From Candidatus Poribacteria bacterium (GTDB lineage Bacteria > Poribacteria > WGA-4E > WGA-3G): a stretch of DNA of 64,000 nt. Positions 1 to 10,985 of the stretch are shown here, piece by piece. Both the position numbers and the translations under genes were made by a program. The stretch is from NCBI GenBank assembly GCA_963663765.2, contig CAXXUA010000013.1, positions 64,001 through 128,000 of the forward strand, in the 5' to 3' direction. Under the pieces are notes generated by a model. That model saw only the letters and a list, made by a program, of their open reading frames with translations, ran no database searches and was not told the origin of the DNA. Numbering within the stretch: the first letter of the stretch is position 1; each line of letters starts with the position of its first letter.

Positions 1-2
1 AT

Positions 3-716
3 ATCGTTAATACTCCCGTTGGTGGAACGGTAACTTTCAGTGGTACTGCTTGGTCTACTGAACCCGCAGATGATGATGGGGAAGCTGCAGCACCAAGTAT
101 CACAACAAATGGTGCATGGGCGTTTATCGTCGCAAGCGACATACAAAAAGCAGTAGACGGTTCTACATACACCATGGTCGCTAAAAACCTCCGTACTGGG
201 GTTGTTACATCACAGCAAGTTGTTAACGAAAATGGGCATGTTAATGCTGTCTGGGCTGACCTAACTCGAAAGAGTGTTGTTCAAGCCGGTGATAAAGTTG
301 AAATCGCACTTGTTGATGAAAACGATACAATTGTCTCTGGACCATTCCAGCGCACCGTACAAACCTCAGATATTCACAACGCATATCTAAGCATAAACAT
401 GCGTGTTGGCGATGTCCGTCCGAAAGAGACTATGCTCGGACAAAACTTCCCAAATCCGTTCAACCCTGAAACTTGGATTCCTTATCAGTTACATCAAGAT
501 GCTAACGTTAAGATTTCCATTTTTGATATATCAGGTAATACAGTCAGAACGCTGAACCTCGGTCAAAAGACTACTGGTTCATACATGACCAATTCAACTG
601 CAGCCTATTGGGATGGCAAAAATGAAACGGGTGAACACGTTGCAAGCGGTGTATATTTCTATGCACTACAAGCATCTAATTTCACTGCAACCCGTCGCAT
701 GGTCATTCTCAAGTAG
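3..716 (+). CDS. 3' part of a secreted protein with a C-terminal FlgD-Ig/T9SS-like domain (5'-truncated by window edge)
   Basis: Frame is open from position 3 to TAG at 716; C-terminal LGQNFPNPFNPETWIPY...WDGKN..GE.VASGVYFY...RRMVILK motif. Confidence 0.9.
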   Translation: MVNTPVGGTVTFSGTAWSTEPADDDGEAAAPSITTNGAWAFIVASDIQKAVDGSTYTMVAKNLRTGVVTSQQVVNENGHVNAVWADLTRKSVVQAGDKVEIALVDENDTIVSGPFQRTVQTSDIHNAYLSINMRVGDVRPKETMLGQNFPNPFNPETWIPYQLHQDANVKISIFDISGNTVRTLNLGQKTTGSYMTNSTAAYWDGKNETGEHVASGVYFYALQASNFTATRRMVILK

Positions 717-740
717 AATACATTACCATTTTACGCAATA

Positions 741-812
741 AAAAGACACCCCGACTGCCGGTTTTTCGACCGCGAATCAACAATGATTAGCGTCGGCGGT
801 GGGGTGTCTTTT
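741..812 (+). terminator. Long hairpin, putative intrinsic terminator
   Basis: AAAAGACACCCC (741-752) pairs with GGGGTGTCTTTT (801-812); stem extends with ACTGCCG/CGGCGGT; starts 25 bp after a stop codon. Confidence 0.65.
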
Positions 813-837
813 CGCGTATACGGTAAGGAGGTAAAAT

Positions 838-3800
838 TTGATTAATCTCAGTAGAATATCCACTCTTTCAATTATACTACTACTCATCTTCGTTGTCAGC
901 AACAATGTTTTCGCCTATTCTTTCAATCCACCCGATGAAAAGACCGGAGCACCAAATCAAAGTGACTGTACCGACTGTCACCTTGGAAATGTCCTAAACA
1001 GCGCTGGCGGTTCATTCGTATTGACAGTACCTACAGTCTATGTTCCCGGTGAAGAGTATAGTATTGTCGTAGATTTAATGCGGACAGGCCAAAGTCGTTG
1101 GGGTTTTCAGATGACCGCACTAAATGGTAATAATGCAAGGGCAGGTACCTTTACTACCGTTGATGCAAATACACAATTGTCAGTAGCGAACAGCAAGCAA
1201 TATATTGAGCAGACAACAGCTGGAACTGCTCAAGGAACACGAAACAGAAACCAATGGTCGTTCAAATGGACTGCACCGTCTACTGATGTCGGACCAATTA
1301 CGTTCTATTCCACAGGAAATGCTGCAAATAACAATAGTGCTTCTTCGGGAGATTATATCTATACGACATCCGCCACTGCAAATGCTGCTGCTTACGGTGT
1401 TGCAATAACCGGTGTAGGGGAAATAACCAAAAGCATATCCGATGCCAGTTCGGGAGTGAATTACACATTACGGGTGACAAACAACGGAAATATAACTGAT
1501 ACTTTCAATTTGGAAACTTCAGGTGATGTCACGGGAACACTAAGCCAAACCTCGGTCCAACTCAACGCAGGAGCTTCCGCTAACATAACTTTATCACTGC
1601 CCGGATCCGCATTAGCAACTGCAGATAATTACGGAGTAAAGGTGAAAGCAACTTCACGGGGGGATAACTCAAAGACCTCTGAAATTACAACGACGACTAC
1701 AATCCTTCCTGTCTATGATGTTGCATTAACAGGTGTCGGTAGTTTACAGAAAACGACCAATGCAGAAACCGGCGCAAGTTATACTCTCCGAATTACCAAT
1801 AATGGAAATACTGAAGACACAATACGATTAACGACTTCAGGGGATGTCAACGCAACAATCAGTTCCAGTTCTGTGACTCTCAAGCAAAATACATCCTCTA
1901 ACGTCACCCTAAGAGTTTCTGGTGATGCACTTGCAAAAGCAGGTGATTACAAAGTAAAGGTAACTGCAACATCTCAAGGTGATGATACAATAACAGATGA
2001 AATCACAACAACTACAACCATTTCTAAAGTTTATGGTTTCACATTTGAGGGTGTAGGTGAGTTAACAACCGAAACATCGGATGCAAGTGAAGGTGTAAGT
2101 TTTACACTTAAAATCACGAATACTGGGAACACAGATGATGTTATTACTTTAGCAAAAACAGGCACAAAAGCCACCTTGAGCCAAAATGAAGTATCAATCG
2201 CCTATGGTGAATCAACACAAGTGACATTGACTATTTCTGCTGATGATTTAGCAAAAGCAGGTGATTACGAAGTCAAGCTAACTGCAACTTCTAAAGGTGA
2301 CAATACAATCACTCATGAAGTCACAACTAGTACTAATATTCTACCTGTTTACAGTGTTAAGTTAGATTCAAAAGGACCGTCCGCAAACTCAACGCAGGAC
2401 AGTGTCGCAGGTGTCACCTACAACCTTACTGTTACAAACACTGGTAACACAGAGGATACGATTATTCTCGGGTCATCAGCTGAGATCAGTATAGGCGGAG
2501 CAGTACTCGGTGCGTTCAAAAGAACAGAAGAACAAGCAATACCTACCACACAGTTGGAGATTACTCTCGCAGCAGGAACATCCACAGATGTGTTGTTCAT
2601 TGCTTCAGGTGACCTGCTAACAAGAACAGGGGAGTATCCAATCACTGTTACTGCAACTTCAAAAGGGGATAACACAAAATCCGCTGAAGTCACTACGACT
2701 ACAACTATCCTACCAGTTTACAGCGTCACGTTGATATCAAAGAGTCCAAATACAGGTTCAACGCAGGACAGTGTCGCAGGTGTCACCTATAACCTTACTG
2801 TTACAAACACAGGAAACACTGAGGATACGATTATTCTCGGGTCATCAGCTGAGATCGGTATAGGTGGAGCAGTACTCGGTGTTTTCAAAAGAACAGAAGA
2901 ACAAGCAATACCTACCACACAGTTGGAGATTACTCTCGCAGCAGGAACATCCACAGATGTGTTGTTCATTGCTTCAGGTGACCTGCTAACAAGAACAGGG
3001 GAGTATCCAATCACTGTTACTGCAACTTCAAAAGGGGATAACACAAAATCCGCTGAAGTCACTACGACTACAACTATCCTACCAGTTTACAGCGTCACGT
3101 TGATATCAAAGAGTCCAAATACAGGTTCAACGCAGGACAGTGTCGCAGGTGTCACCTATAACCTTACTGTTACAAACACAGGAAACACTGAGGATACGAT
3201 TATTCTCGGGTCATCAGCTGAGATCGGTATAGGCGGAGCAGTACTCGGTGCGTTCAAAAGAACAGAAGAACAAGAAATACCTACCGCACAGTTGGAGATT
3301 ACTCTCGCAGCAGGAACATCCACTGATGTGTTGTTCATTGCTTCAGGTGACCTGCTAACAAGATCAGGGGAGTATCCAATCACTGTTACTGCAACTTCAA
3401 AAGGGGATAACACAAAATCCGCTGAAGTCACAACGACTACTACTATCCTACCTGTCTACAACGTCACGTTGAAAACTAATGGTCCAAATATAGGTTCAAC
3501 ACAGGACAGTGTATCAGGTGTCACCTATAACCTTACTGTTACAAATACTGGTAACACAGAGGATACGATTATTCTCGGGTCATCAGCTGAGATCGGTATA
3601 GGCGGAGCAGTACTCGGTGCTTTCAAAAGAACAGAAGAACAAGAAATACCTACCGCACAGTTGGAGATAACACTCGCAGCAGGAGCATCCGTTGATGTGT
3701 TGTTCATAGCTACAGGTGACCTGCTAACAAGATCAGGGGAGTATCCAATCACAGTTACCGCATCTTCAAAAGGGGATAACACAAAATCCACTGAAGTCAC

Positions 3801-6800
3801 AACGACTACAACTATCCTACCAGTTTACAGCGTCACGTTGATATCAAAGAGTCCAACTACAGGTTCAACGCAGGACAGTGTCACAGGTGTCACCTATAAC
3901 CTTACTGTTACAAATACTGGTAACACAGAGGATACGATTATTCTCGGGTCATCAGCTGAGATCGGTATAGGCGGAGCAGTACTCGGTGCTTTCAAAAGAA
4001 CAGAAGAACAAGAAATACCTACCGCACAGTTGGAGATAACACTCGCAGCAGGAGCATCCACAGATGTGTTGTTCATAGCTTCAGGTGACCTGCTAACAAG
4101 ATCAGGTAAGTATCCAATCACAGTTACTGCAACTTCAAAAGGGGATAACACAAAATCCGCTGAAGTCACAACGACTACTACTATCCTACCAGTTTACAGC
4201 GTCACGTTGATATCAAAGAGTCCAACTACAGGTTCAACGAAAGACAGTGTGACAGGTGTCACCTATAACCTTACTGTTACAAACACAGGAAACACTGAGG
4301 ATACGATTATTCTCGGGTCATCAGCTGAGATCGGTATAGGGGGAGCAGTACTCGGTGCTTTCAAAAGAACAGAAGAACAAGAAATACCTACCGCACAGTT
4401 GGAGATAACTCTCGCAGCAGGCGCATCCACTGATGTGTTGTTCATTGCTTCAGGTGACCTGCTAACAAGATCAGGGGAGTATCCAATCACAGTTACCGCG
4501 ACTTCAAAAGGGGATACAACAAAATCCGATGAAGTCACAACGACTACTATTATCCTACCTGTCTATGGTTTTACGTTGGAAGGGGTAGGTGAGTTATCAA
4601 CCGAAACAGCGGATGCAACTGAAGATGTCAGTTATACGTTCAAAATCACTAACAATGGAAACACAGAAGATGTATTTACTTTAGCAACATCAGGTACAAA
4701 AGCGATCTTGAGCCAAAATGAAATATCAATCGCCTATGGTGAATCCGCAGAAGTGACATTGACTATTTCTGCTGATGATTTAGCAAGAGCAGGTAATTTC
4801 GAAGTCAAGATAACTGCAACATCTAAAAGTGACAATACTATCACTCATGAAGTCACAACAACTACAACCGTCCTACCTGTTTACGGTGTCACGTTGAAAT
4901 CTGAAACTACAACTACAGCTTCAACGCAAGACAGTGTGGCAGGTGTCACCTATAACCTTACTGTTACAAACACAGGAAACACAGAAGATACGATTATTCT
5001 CGGGTCATCAGCTGAGGTCGGTATAGGGGGAGCAGTACTCGGTGCTTTCAAAAGAACAGAAGAACAAGAAATACCTACCGCACAGTTGGAGATAACTCTC
5101 GCAGCAGGCGCATCCACTGATGTGTTGTTTATTGCTTCAGGTGACCTGCTAACAAGAATAGGAGAGTATCCAATCACAGTTACCGCGACTTCAAAAGGGG
5201 ATAACACAAAATCCAATGAAGTCACAACGACTACTACTATCCTACCAGTCTACAGCGTCACGTTGATATCAAAGAGTCCAACTACAGGTTCAACGCAAGA
5301 CAGTGTGACAGGTGTCACCTATAACCTTACTGTTACAAACACAGGAAACACTGAGGATACGATTATTCTCGGGTCATCAGCTGAGGTCGGTATAGGGGGG
5401 GCAGTACTCGGTGCTTTCAAAAGAACAGAAGAACAAGAAATACCTACTGCGCAGTTGGAGATAACACTCGCAGCAGGCGCATCTACTGATGTGTTGTTTA
5501 TTGCTTCAGGTGACCTGCTAACAAGTCTTGGTGAGTATCCAATCACTGTTACTGCAACCTCAAAAGGAGATAGCACAAAGACTGCTGAAGTCCAGACAAC
5601 GACTATAATTGTTGCCGTCCCTCCTGTCTACGGTGTGGAATTAACAGGAAAAGGTAAACTCACAAGTTCTACAGAAGATGCAGTGGAAGGTATTTCATAT
5701 ACACTCACAGTCACAAACACTGGTAACACGCATGATACGATTGTTCTCGGGTCATCAGCTGAAACAGGAAGTAAAGGGAGTATCCTTGGTACTTTCAAAC
5801 AAACTGACGATCAAGATACTACTTCAAGCCAGTTGGAGATTGAACTCGCTGAAGATGAATCCAAGGACGTGTTATTTACTATTGCTGGCGATTCATATAC
5901 AGAATCAGGTGAGTATGAAGTCAACGTTTCCGCAATATCAAAAACCGATAGCACAAAAACCGCAGAAGTCAGTACGACAACGACTATTCTCCCTGTCTTC
6001 AATGTCACATTAGTTGGTAAAGGAGATATTACAACTGAAACCACTGAAGTAAGCAATTGGATAAGATATGTATTTACAGTAAAAAATACTGGTAACACTT
6101 CTGGTACGGTGGATCTGGTTGCTCAAGCTGAAATCCCAGTTGAAATAAGAGTACATACTGTGACAAATTTAGAAGATGGTAAGGAATTAATTCTTGTGAT
6201 TGATTATATCGCACCAAGTGTTGATACAGCAAGTAATCAAACTACTACATTTCTTAGACCCGGTGGTACAGCAGAAATTTCAATTTATGTTTTTGCTGAA
6301 AGTCTTCAAAAAGCAGGTGAGTATGATGTTAAAGTCATTGCAACACATCAAGGAGATAAGACAAAATCTGCTGAAGTCACAACCAAAACGACTATTACTC
6401 CCACCTACGGTGTAAAGTTACAGGGTAAAGACGAACTGATAGGTGAAACAATGGATCCCTTAAAAGGTGTAAGTTATGTGTTGACCGTTACAAACGAAGG
6501 TAATGCTGAAGATACTTTCTTACTCGGTTCGTCAGCAGAAGTTGGTATTGAGGGAACCGTTATCGGATTATTCACTGCATCAGATGATCAAGAAATACCC
6601 ACAAGCCAGATCGAGGTAATGCTTGCACCCGGTGCCTCTAAGGAAGTTACATTCACTGCTAAAGGTGACTTTTTCACAAAACCAGGTGAAAATGAAATCG
6701 TTGTAACAGGCACTTCAAAATCTGACGATACGAAAACTGCTGAAATAACGACTACAACAACGATTACTCCTGTCCCTTGGGATCTCAACGCTGATGGTAC

Positions 6801-6966
6801 AGTAAACATCTTGGATCTGGTACTCGTTTCCAATCAGTTTGGTGAATCCGGTGATGGTCTTTCTGGTGATGTGAACATGGATGGCACTGTGAATATCCTT
6901 GACCTTGTTCAGGTAGCGTCATATTTCGGCAAATCACATGTTGAAATTGTTCAAGAGAATCAGTAA
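838..6966 (+). CDS. 2042-aa secreted repeat protein: signal peptide, Reeler/choice-of-anchor-V-like domain with CxxCH, many NEW3/COG1470-like Ig repeats, C-terminal dockerin-like domain
   Basis: AAGGAGG RBS before TTG; CTDCH motif; repeated YxLTVTNTGNTEDT modules; terminal DLNADGTVNILDLV...DVNMDGTVNILDLV. Confidence 0.85.
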   Translation: MINLSRISTLSIILLLIFVVSNNVFAYSFNPPDEKTGAPNQSDCTDCHLGNVLNSAGGSFVLTVPTVYVPGEEYSIVVDLMRTGQSRWGFQMTALNGNNARAGTFTTVDANTQLSVANSKQYIEQTTAGTAQGTRNRNQWSFKWTAPSTDVGPITFYSTGNAANNNSASSGDYIYTTSATANAAAYGVAITGVGEITKSISDASSGVNYTLRVTNNGNITDTFNLETSGDVTGTLSQTSVQLNAGASANITLSLPGSALATADNYGVKVKATSRGDNSKTSEITTTTTILPVYDVALTGVGSLQKTTNAETGASYTLRITNNGNTEDTIRLTTSGDVNATISSSSVTLKQNTSSNVTLRVSGDALAKAGDYKVKVTATSQGDDTITDEITTTTTISKVYGFTFEGVGELTTETSDASEGVSFTLKITNTGNTDDVITLAKTGTKATLSQNEVSIAYGESTQVTLTISADDLAKAGDYEVKLTATSKGDNTITHEVTTSTNILPVYSVKLDSKGPSANSTQDSVAGVTYNLTVTNTGNTEDTIILGSSAEISIGGAVLGAFKRTEEQAIPTTQLEITLAAGTSTDVLFIASGDLLTRTGEYPITVTATSKGDNTKSAEVTTTTTILPVYSVTLISKSPNTGSTQDSVAGVTYNLTVTNTGNTEDTIILGSSAEIGIGGAVLGVFKRTEEQAIPTTQLEITLAAGTSTDVLFIASGDLLTRTGEYPITVTATSKGDNTKSAEVTTTTTILPVYSVTLISKSPNTGSTQDSVAGVTYNLTVTNTGNTEDTIILGSSAEIGIGGAVLGAFKRTEEQEIPTAQLEITLAAGTSTDVLFIASGDLLTRSGEYPITVTATSKGDNTKSAEVTTTTTILPVYNVTLKTNGPNIGSTQDSVSGVTYNLTVTNTGNTEDTIILGSSAEIGIGGAVLGAFKRTEEQEIPTAQLEITLAAGASVDVLFIATGDLLTRSGEYPITVTASSKGDNTKSTEVTTTTTILPVYSVTLISKSPTTGSTQDSVTGVTYNLTVTNTGNTEDTIILGSSAEIGIGGAVLGAFKRTEEQEIPTAQLEITLAAGASTDVLFIASGDLLTRSGKYPITVTATSKGDNTKSAEVTTTTTILPVYSVTLISKSPTTGSTKDSVTGVTYNLTVTNTGNTEDTIILGSSAEIGIGGAVLGAFKRTEEQEIPTAQLEITLAAGASTDVLFIASGDLLTRSGEYPITVTATSKGDTTKSDEVTTTTIILPVYGFTLEGVGELSTETADATEDVSYTFKITNNGNTEDVFTLATSGTKAILSQNEISIAYGESAEVTLTISADDLARAGNFEVKITATSKSDNTITHEVTTTTTVLPVYGVTLKSETTTTASTQDSVAGVTYNLTVTNTGNTEDTIILGSSAEVGIGGAVLGAFKRTEEQEIPTAQLEITLAAGASTDVLFIASGDLLTRIGEYPITVTATSKGDNTKSNEVTTTTTILPVYSVTLISKSPTTGSTQDSVTGVTYNLTVTNTGNTEDTIILGSSAEVGIGGAVLGAFKRTEEQEIPTAQLEITLAAGASTDVLFIASGDLLTSLGEYPITVTATSKGDSTKTAEVQTTTIIVAVPPVYGVELTGKGKLTSSTEDAVEGISYTLTVTNTGNTHDTIVLGSSAETGSKGSILGTFKQTDDQDTTSSQLEIELAEDESKDVLFTIAGDSYTESGEYEVNVSAISKTDSTKTAEVSTTTTILPVFNVTLVGKGDITTETTEVSNWIRYVFTVKNTGNTSGTVDLVAQAEIPVEIRVHTVTNLEDGKELILVIDYIAPSVDTASNQTTTFLRPGGTAEISIYVFAESLQKAGEYDVKVIATHQGDKTKSAEVTTKTTITPTYGVKLQGKDELIGETMDPLKGVSYVLTVTNEGNAEDTFLLGSSAEVGIEGTVIGLFTASDDQEIPTSQIEVMLAPGASKEVTFTAKGDFFTKPGENEIVVTGTSKSDDTKTAEITTTTTITPVPWDLNADGTVNILDLVLVSNQFGESGDGLSGDVNMDGTVNILDLVQVASYFGKSHVEIVQENQ
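2341..5610 (+). repeat. Intragenic tandem repeats: 6 x 369 bp (2341-4554), a 318-bp unit (4555-4872, copy of ~2023-2340), then 2 x 369 bp (4873-5610)
   Basis: Near-identical 123-aa units; antisense shadow ORFs recur every 369 bp. Confidence 0.95.
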
Positions 6967-6988
6967 GTTCAAGATAACGAACAACCGT

Positions 6989-7012
6989 TAGGCACGCTAA
7001 TTGGCGTGCCTA
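6989..7012. repeat. Short palindrome TAGGCACGCTAATTGGCGTGCCTA (REP-like or terminator)
   Basis: 9-bp perfect stem in an intergenic position. Confidence 0.55.
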
Positions 7013-7035
7013 TCCTTATGGAGAACAATATATAT

Positions 7036-8103
7036 ATGGCATCAAAATATCGTGTTGGGATTATTGGCTGTGGTGGCATCGCTAATGCACATGCACGCGG
7101 GTATCAAGGTGTTGAAGAAACTGATATTGTCGCACTCGCTGACCCCGTTCAAGCAGCACTATATAAATTCGCTGACAACTACGATGTATCAAAGGATAAC
7201 TGTTATTTAGATGCGCGCGAGATGTTAGATAACGAAAACTTGGACATCGTCAGTGTTACCACATGGCATAAACTGCATGCACCGATGACTATTGCAGCCT
7301 GCGCAAGAGCACCAAAGGCTGTTCTCTGCGAAAAACCTATGGGGGTTAGCCTCGGAGAATGTAATGAGATGTCAATCGCTGCCAACCGAAATAATGTCAA
7401 ACTTGTTATAGGACATCAACGCCGCTTTAATCCCGCATGGACTGATGCACGCAACCTCATCGCTGACGGCGCTATCGGGGAACCTCGGCAAATTGTTTGC
7501 AACGGTGGACAGGGATTATTAAATGACTGCTCACATCTATTCGATATGATGCGCTATCTACTAAATGACCCCGATCCGCAATGGGTTATCGGAAACGTTG
7601 AACGCAAAACTGAAAGGTTTGAACGAGATATACAAATTGAAGACCGTAGCGCAGGAATTGTCGGTTTTTCAAACGGATGCATCGGCATGCTGTTACAGGA
7701 AATCGGTAGACCGAATTATCAAGGGGGTATCGTCTACGGTACTGATGGAATTGCGGATGTAACAGAACGCCGCGTACGAATATTAAACAACAAAACCGCA
7801 GATTGGGAAGAACGTCCATCTGAAGGAATCGACCAACATGTCGCTCAAGCAAGGGAACTGGTTGATTGGCTTGAAGGTGGTCCAGAACACCGAGGTGAAG
7901 CAAAACACGGACGCGCAGCTGTTGAAATTATCATGGCTATCTATGAATCAGCACGAATGCACGAAGTCGTACAATTACCACTTCGTACACATGCGAACCC
8001 ACTGGACTTGATGATTGAAAGCGGTGAATTACCTGTTGTACGACCCGGTAGATACGACATCCGAGCATTCTTGTTACGCGGGGAATCCATGCAACCGGAA
8101 TAA
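7036..8103 (+). CDS. Gfo/Idh/MocA family oxidoreductase
   Basis: VGIIGCGGIA Rossmann motif, CEKP, GHQRRF; GGAG upstream of ATG 7036. Confidence 0.92.
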   Translation: MASKYRVGIIGCGGIANAHARGYQGVEETDIVALADPVQAALYKFADNYDVSKDNCYLDAREMLDNENLDIVSVTTWHKLHAPMTIAACARAPKAVLCEKPMGVSLGECNEMSIAANRNNVKLVIGHQRRFNPAWTDARNLIADGAIGEPRQIVCNGGQGLLNDCSHLFDMMRYLLNDPDPQWVIGNVERKTERFERDIQIEDRSAGIVGFSNGCIGMLLQEIGRPNYQGGIVYGTDGIADVTERRVRILNNKTADWEERPSEGIDQHVAQARELVDWLEGGPEHRGEAKHGRAAVEIIMAIYESARMHEVVQLPLRTHANPLDLMIESGELPVVRPGRYDIRAFLLRGESMQPE

Positions 8104-8131
8104 CATACATTCAAATTGAGACTATTATAGC

Positions 8132-9373
8132 ATGCAGATAACGCAAGGACTTAGTGTTGGCATCTCAGCACTCAGACGCAATAAGTTACGTTCCGTCCTT
8201 ACAACACTCGGTATCATCATAGGTATAGCAGCCGTAGTGGCTGTCGTCTCGGTCGGCGGCGGTGCAGAACACCTCGTCCTAATTGAACTGGAACGCACTG
8301 GTGGTGCAGGTATGATCGTTTGCTTCCGACGGTCACATCTCCAAAGAACTGATGGTTCGTATATTGAAAACAAGCATCCTGAATTCATTGAATACGAAGA
8401 CCTACCATTTATCCTTGCAAAATGTCCTTCACTTAAAACAGCAAGTGCTCAGTCTGGAATGGAAAGACGCGTCTCACACAGACATGTCAATCAGTCCCTT
8501 CAGGTACACGGGGTTACCCCTTCATTTCAGGTAGTCAATAACTGGCACATAGATACTGGAAGGTTTTTCACCGAAAGTGACATGGAACTCAGAGACCCTA
8601 TCTGTATTATCGGTTCAAAAGTAAAGGAAGACTTCTTTGACTGGACAAATCCCATCGGACAAGAAATAAAAATTGCTAATGAACGGTTCACCGTCGTTGG
8701 TGTCATGGAAGAAAAAGGCAATCAGATGGCAACAGAAGGATGGGATAATCGGGTCATAATACCCATTACCACTATGCAAATTCGCTTTATGGGAAAACGG
8801 AAAGGATGGATTGCCATTTTTGCTCAAGCAGTCAGTTATGAAAAAGTAGAGCAAGCAGTCGCTGAAATAAAGGTAGCATTCAGACAACAGCACGGTGATG
8901 AAAAATACTTCGATTTTTTCACCGCCAAACAGGTCATACAACAGGTAGGCAATGTTAGTCAGATCATACAGGTACTCCTCGGAGCAGTTGCAAGTATAGC
9001 ACTATTCGTCGGTGGTATCGGTATAATGAATATCATGTTAGTCTCTGTAACTGAACGTACTCGCGAAATCGGTTTACGCAAAGCGATCGGTGCAAGACGC
9101 ATTGACATTTTATTGCAGTTCCTGATTGAAGCGATTGTCCTAAGTATTTGTGGCGGATTAATAGGTATTCTTATTGGTAGTTCTCTGGCTACAGGATCGG
9201 GTTGGGTTATATCAAAATTCTTGATTAAAGATGCAAATTGGCCCGCGGTTGTTTCTGTTCAAGCTGCAGTCATAGCATTTTGTGTCTCTGCTTTCATCGG
9301 TGTATTCTTTGGAATCTATCCCGCAAACAAAGCCGCCGGACTTACACCAACTGAAGCATTACGACATGAATAA
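8132..9373 (+). CDS. MacB/FtsX-family ABC transporter permease
   Basis: LRSVLTTLGIIIG; GGIGIMNIMLVSVTERTREIGLRKAIGA; PAxKAAxLxPxEALRxE. Confidence 0.95.
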   Translation: MQITQGLSVGISALRRNKLRSVLTTLGIIIGIAAVVAVVSVGGGAEHLVLIELERTGGAGMIVCFRRSHLQRTDGSYIENKHPEFIEYEDLPFILAKCPSLKTASAQSGMERRVSHRHVNQSLQVHGVTPSFQVVNNWHIDTGRFFTESDMELRDPICIIGSKVKEDFFDWTNPIGQEIKIANERFTVVGVMEEKGNQMATEGWDNRVIIPITTMQIRFMGKRKGWIAIFAQAVSYEKVEQAVAEIKVAFRQQHGDEKYFDFFTAKQVIQQVGNVSQIIQVLLGAVASIALFVGGIGIMNIMLVSVTERTREIGLRKAIGARRIDILLQFLIEAIVLSICGGLIGILIGSSLATGSGWVISKFLIKDANWPAVVSVQAAVIAFCVSAFIGVFFGIYPANKAAGLTPTEALRHE

Positions 9374-9490
9374 GTAAACCATTCGTATAGATGATGTCTC
9401 ATTCACTGAAAAGAAAATAACCATCACGAACATTTCACTATCCAGTAAGTCTAAATATCAATAGACATAATTAAGCCATCACCCTGCATA

Positions 9491-9647
9491 TATAGTAAAC
9501 TTTGAAATTATTAGGGCACTCAATAAATCTATTTTGCAACATAACGGACAACAGAAGTTGTAGCATAAACTATTAGTTTGTGTCATAAGAGCGCAAATTA
9601 AAAGTTTACGCTACAACAGTGCACCATTAATTATATGTTTTACTATA
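9491..9647. mobile_element. MITE family B (TATAGTRRA...TTTACTATA ends) with palindromic GTAG-type core; other copies 9853-10057 and 54578-54847
   Basis: Related terminal inverted repeats at three loci, each with different internal palindromes. Confidence 0.65.
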
Positions 9648-9660
9648 AATACTATAGTTT

Positions 9661-9832
9661 ACGAGTTGTGCTAAATGACTTTATGTAAACCATTGTTTTA
9701 CATAAGCATAACGTTTTGCAGGTGTCCCTCATAGGTTGAAACGATATTCAGTCCTGTAGGGACGAAATGTTTATATATCATACCCAACATATGTGAATTT
9801 AGTATAAATATTTAGTTAACTGGCACAAATCA
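9661..9832. mobile_element. MITE family A (ACGAGTTGTGCTAA...AACTGGCACAAGTCG-like ends); other copies 10154-10486, 15978-16151, 23994-24549
   Basis: Homologous ends and a shared GTCCCGTAGGGACGA core in four copies. Confidence 0.7.
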
Positions 9833-10268
9833 GGATTTTGCTCAATTTACGTTATAGTGGATTTTAGAATTATTTTTACACTTTCAAGTGTAGGAGGGAA
9901 CTCCGATTCCCGACTATCAAGACGTTCAGTCGCGATTCGGAGATCGAAATCAAGTAATCAACGGTATGAATACCTTATGGTATTCCCCGGGTATGAATGC
10001 CTATTGGCATTCCCCGCCTACAGAAAAAGTGTAAACTTAATTGTATATTTCACTATAAGTTACTAATTGGTAAAATTGGTAATTTTTTCTTCGGAAAAAC
10101 CCCGTCATAGACAAGATTCGTGTACAGAAAAAATTACCAATTGCCTGAAAGTAGCGACTTGTGCTAAATAACTATTTATTAAAAATTACTTCACATAGAC
10201 AAGAGGATTTAACCGTCCTTCTTTTGCTTGGATGATCTTTAGTCCCGTAGGGACGAAATGTTTATATA

Positions 10269-10414
10269 CCCATAAGCGTCAATTTAAGGATTTTGGCCTC
10301 TTGTGGGAGGGGTTTTCAACCCCGAATTTATGCGCTTTTCCACTCAAATCGGGGTTGAAAACCCCTCCTATAAGAGAAATGCTAACACTTTTTTCTTAAA
10401 TTGACGCCTATGGG
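10269..10414. mobile_element. MITE family D (CCCATAAGCGTCAATTTAAG TIR) with internal REP doublet; second copy 57877-58024
   Basis: 20-bp TIR with 1 mismatch; flanking direct repeat ACGAAATGTTTATATA; close copy at 57.9 kb. Confidence 0.85.
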
Positions 10415-10485
10415 ACGAAATGTTTATATACCATACCCAATATATGTGAATTTAGTATAAACATTTAGTTAACTGGTACAAGTCG

Positions 10486-10856
10486 TATAGTTTGCACAGT
10501 TTCTATATGTTTCTTGCTGAGCTATCAACGAGGAGTCTATTTTCTACGAGTTCCTTATGAGGGTTATCTCCAAATAAAACCATGCACTCCAGCGGAGTGC
10601 TATGTTTATAGAAGCTGTATTCAAGTTTTCTTGCACTCCAGCGGAGTACTGTGTTTATAGAAGCTGTATACAAGTTTTCTTGCACTCCAGCGGAGTGCCA
10701 TGTTTGAAATCACATACCGCTCCGCTGGAACGGAGATGTCGGTTTATTTTGCCGCTATAAACATATTGCTCCGCTGGAGCAAAGAGGACTTCCGTTTTAT
10801 CCATTGTATCTTCATAAGACTTATCAACTTTTGTAAAAAAATTGTCCAAACTATAG
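10486..10856. mobile_element. MITE family C (CTATAGTTTGGACA-like TIR) containing 49-bp tandem repeats; inverted copy 24578-24899
   Basis: TIRs; TGCACTCCAGCGGAGT at 10583, 10632 and 10681; reverse-complement homology to 24578-24899. Confidence 0.75.
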
Positions 10857-10985
10857 TATAATTAGAACAGCAGCTTTTTATAATCAGAATCCTTGTTTCA
10901 ATAGACACACAGTCCTTAAATACAAATCAAGTTGCATTCTACGCTGTTTTTAGGGTATCCTATATAATCTGAATGAACTTAAAAA

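Noticed and set aside
2418-5576. Series of 91-aa minus-strand ORFs
   Set aside because: Antisense shadows of the 369-bp coding repeats
10583-10700. Three 49-bp-period palindromic repeats resembling a mini CRISPR array
   Set aside because: The spacers are nearly identical to each other, the repeats lie inside a MITE with a homologue at 24578-24899, and there are no cas genes
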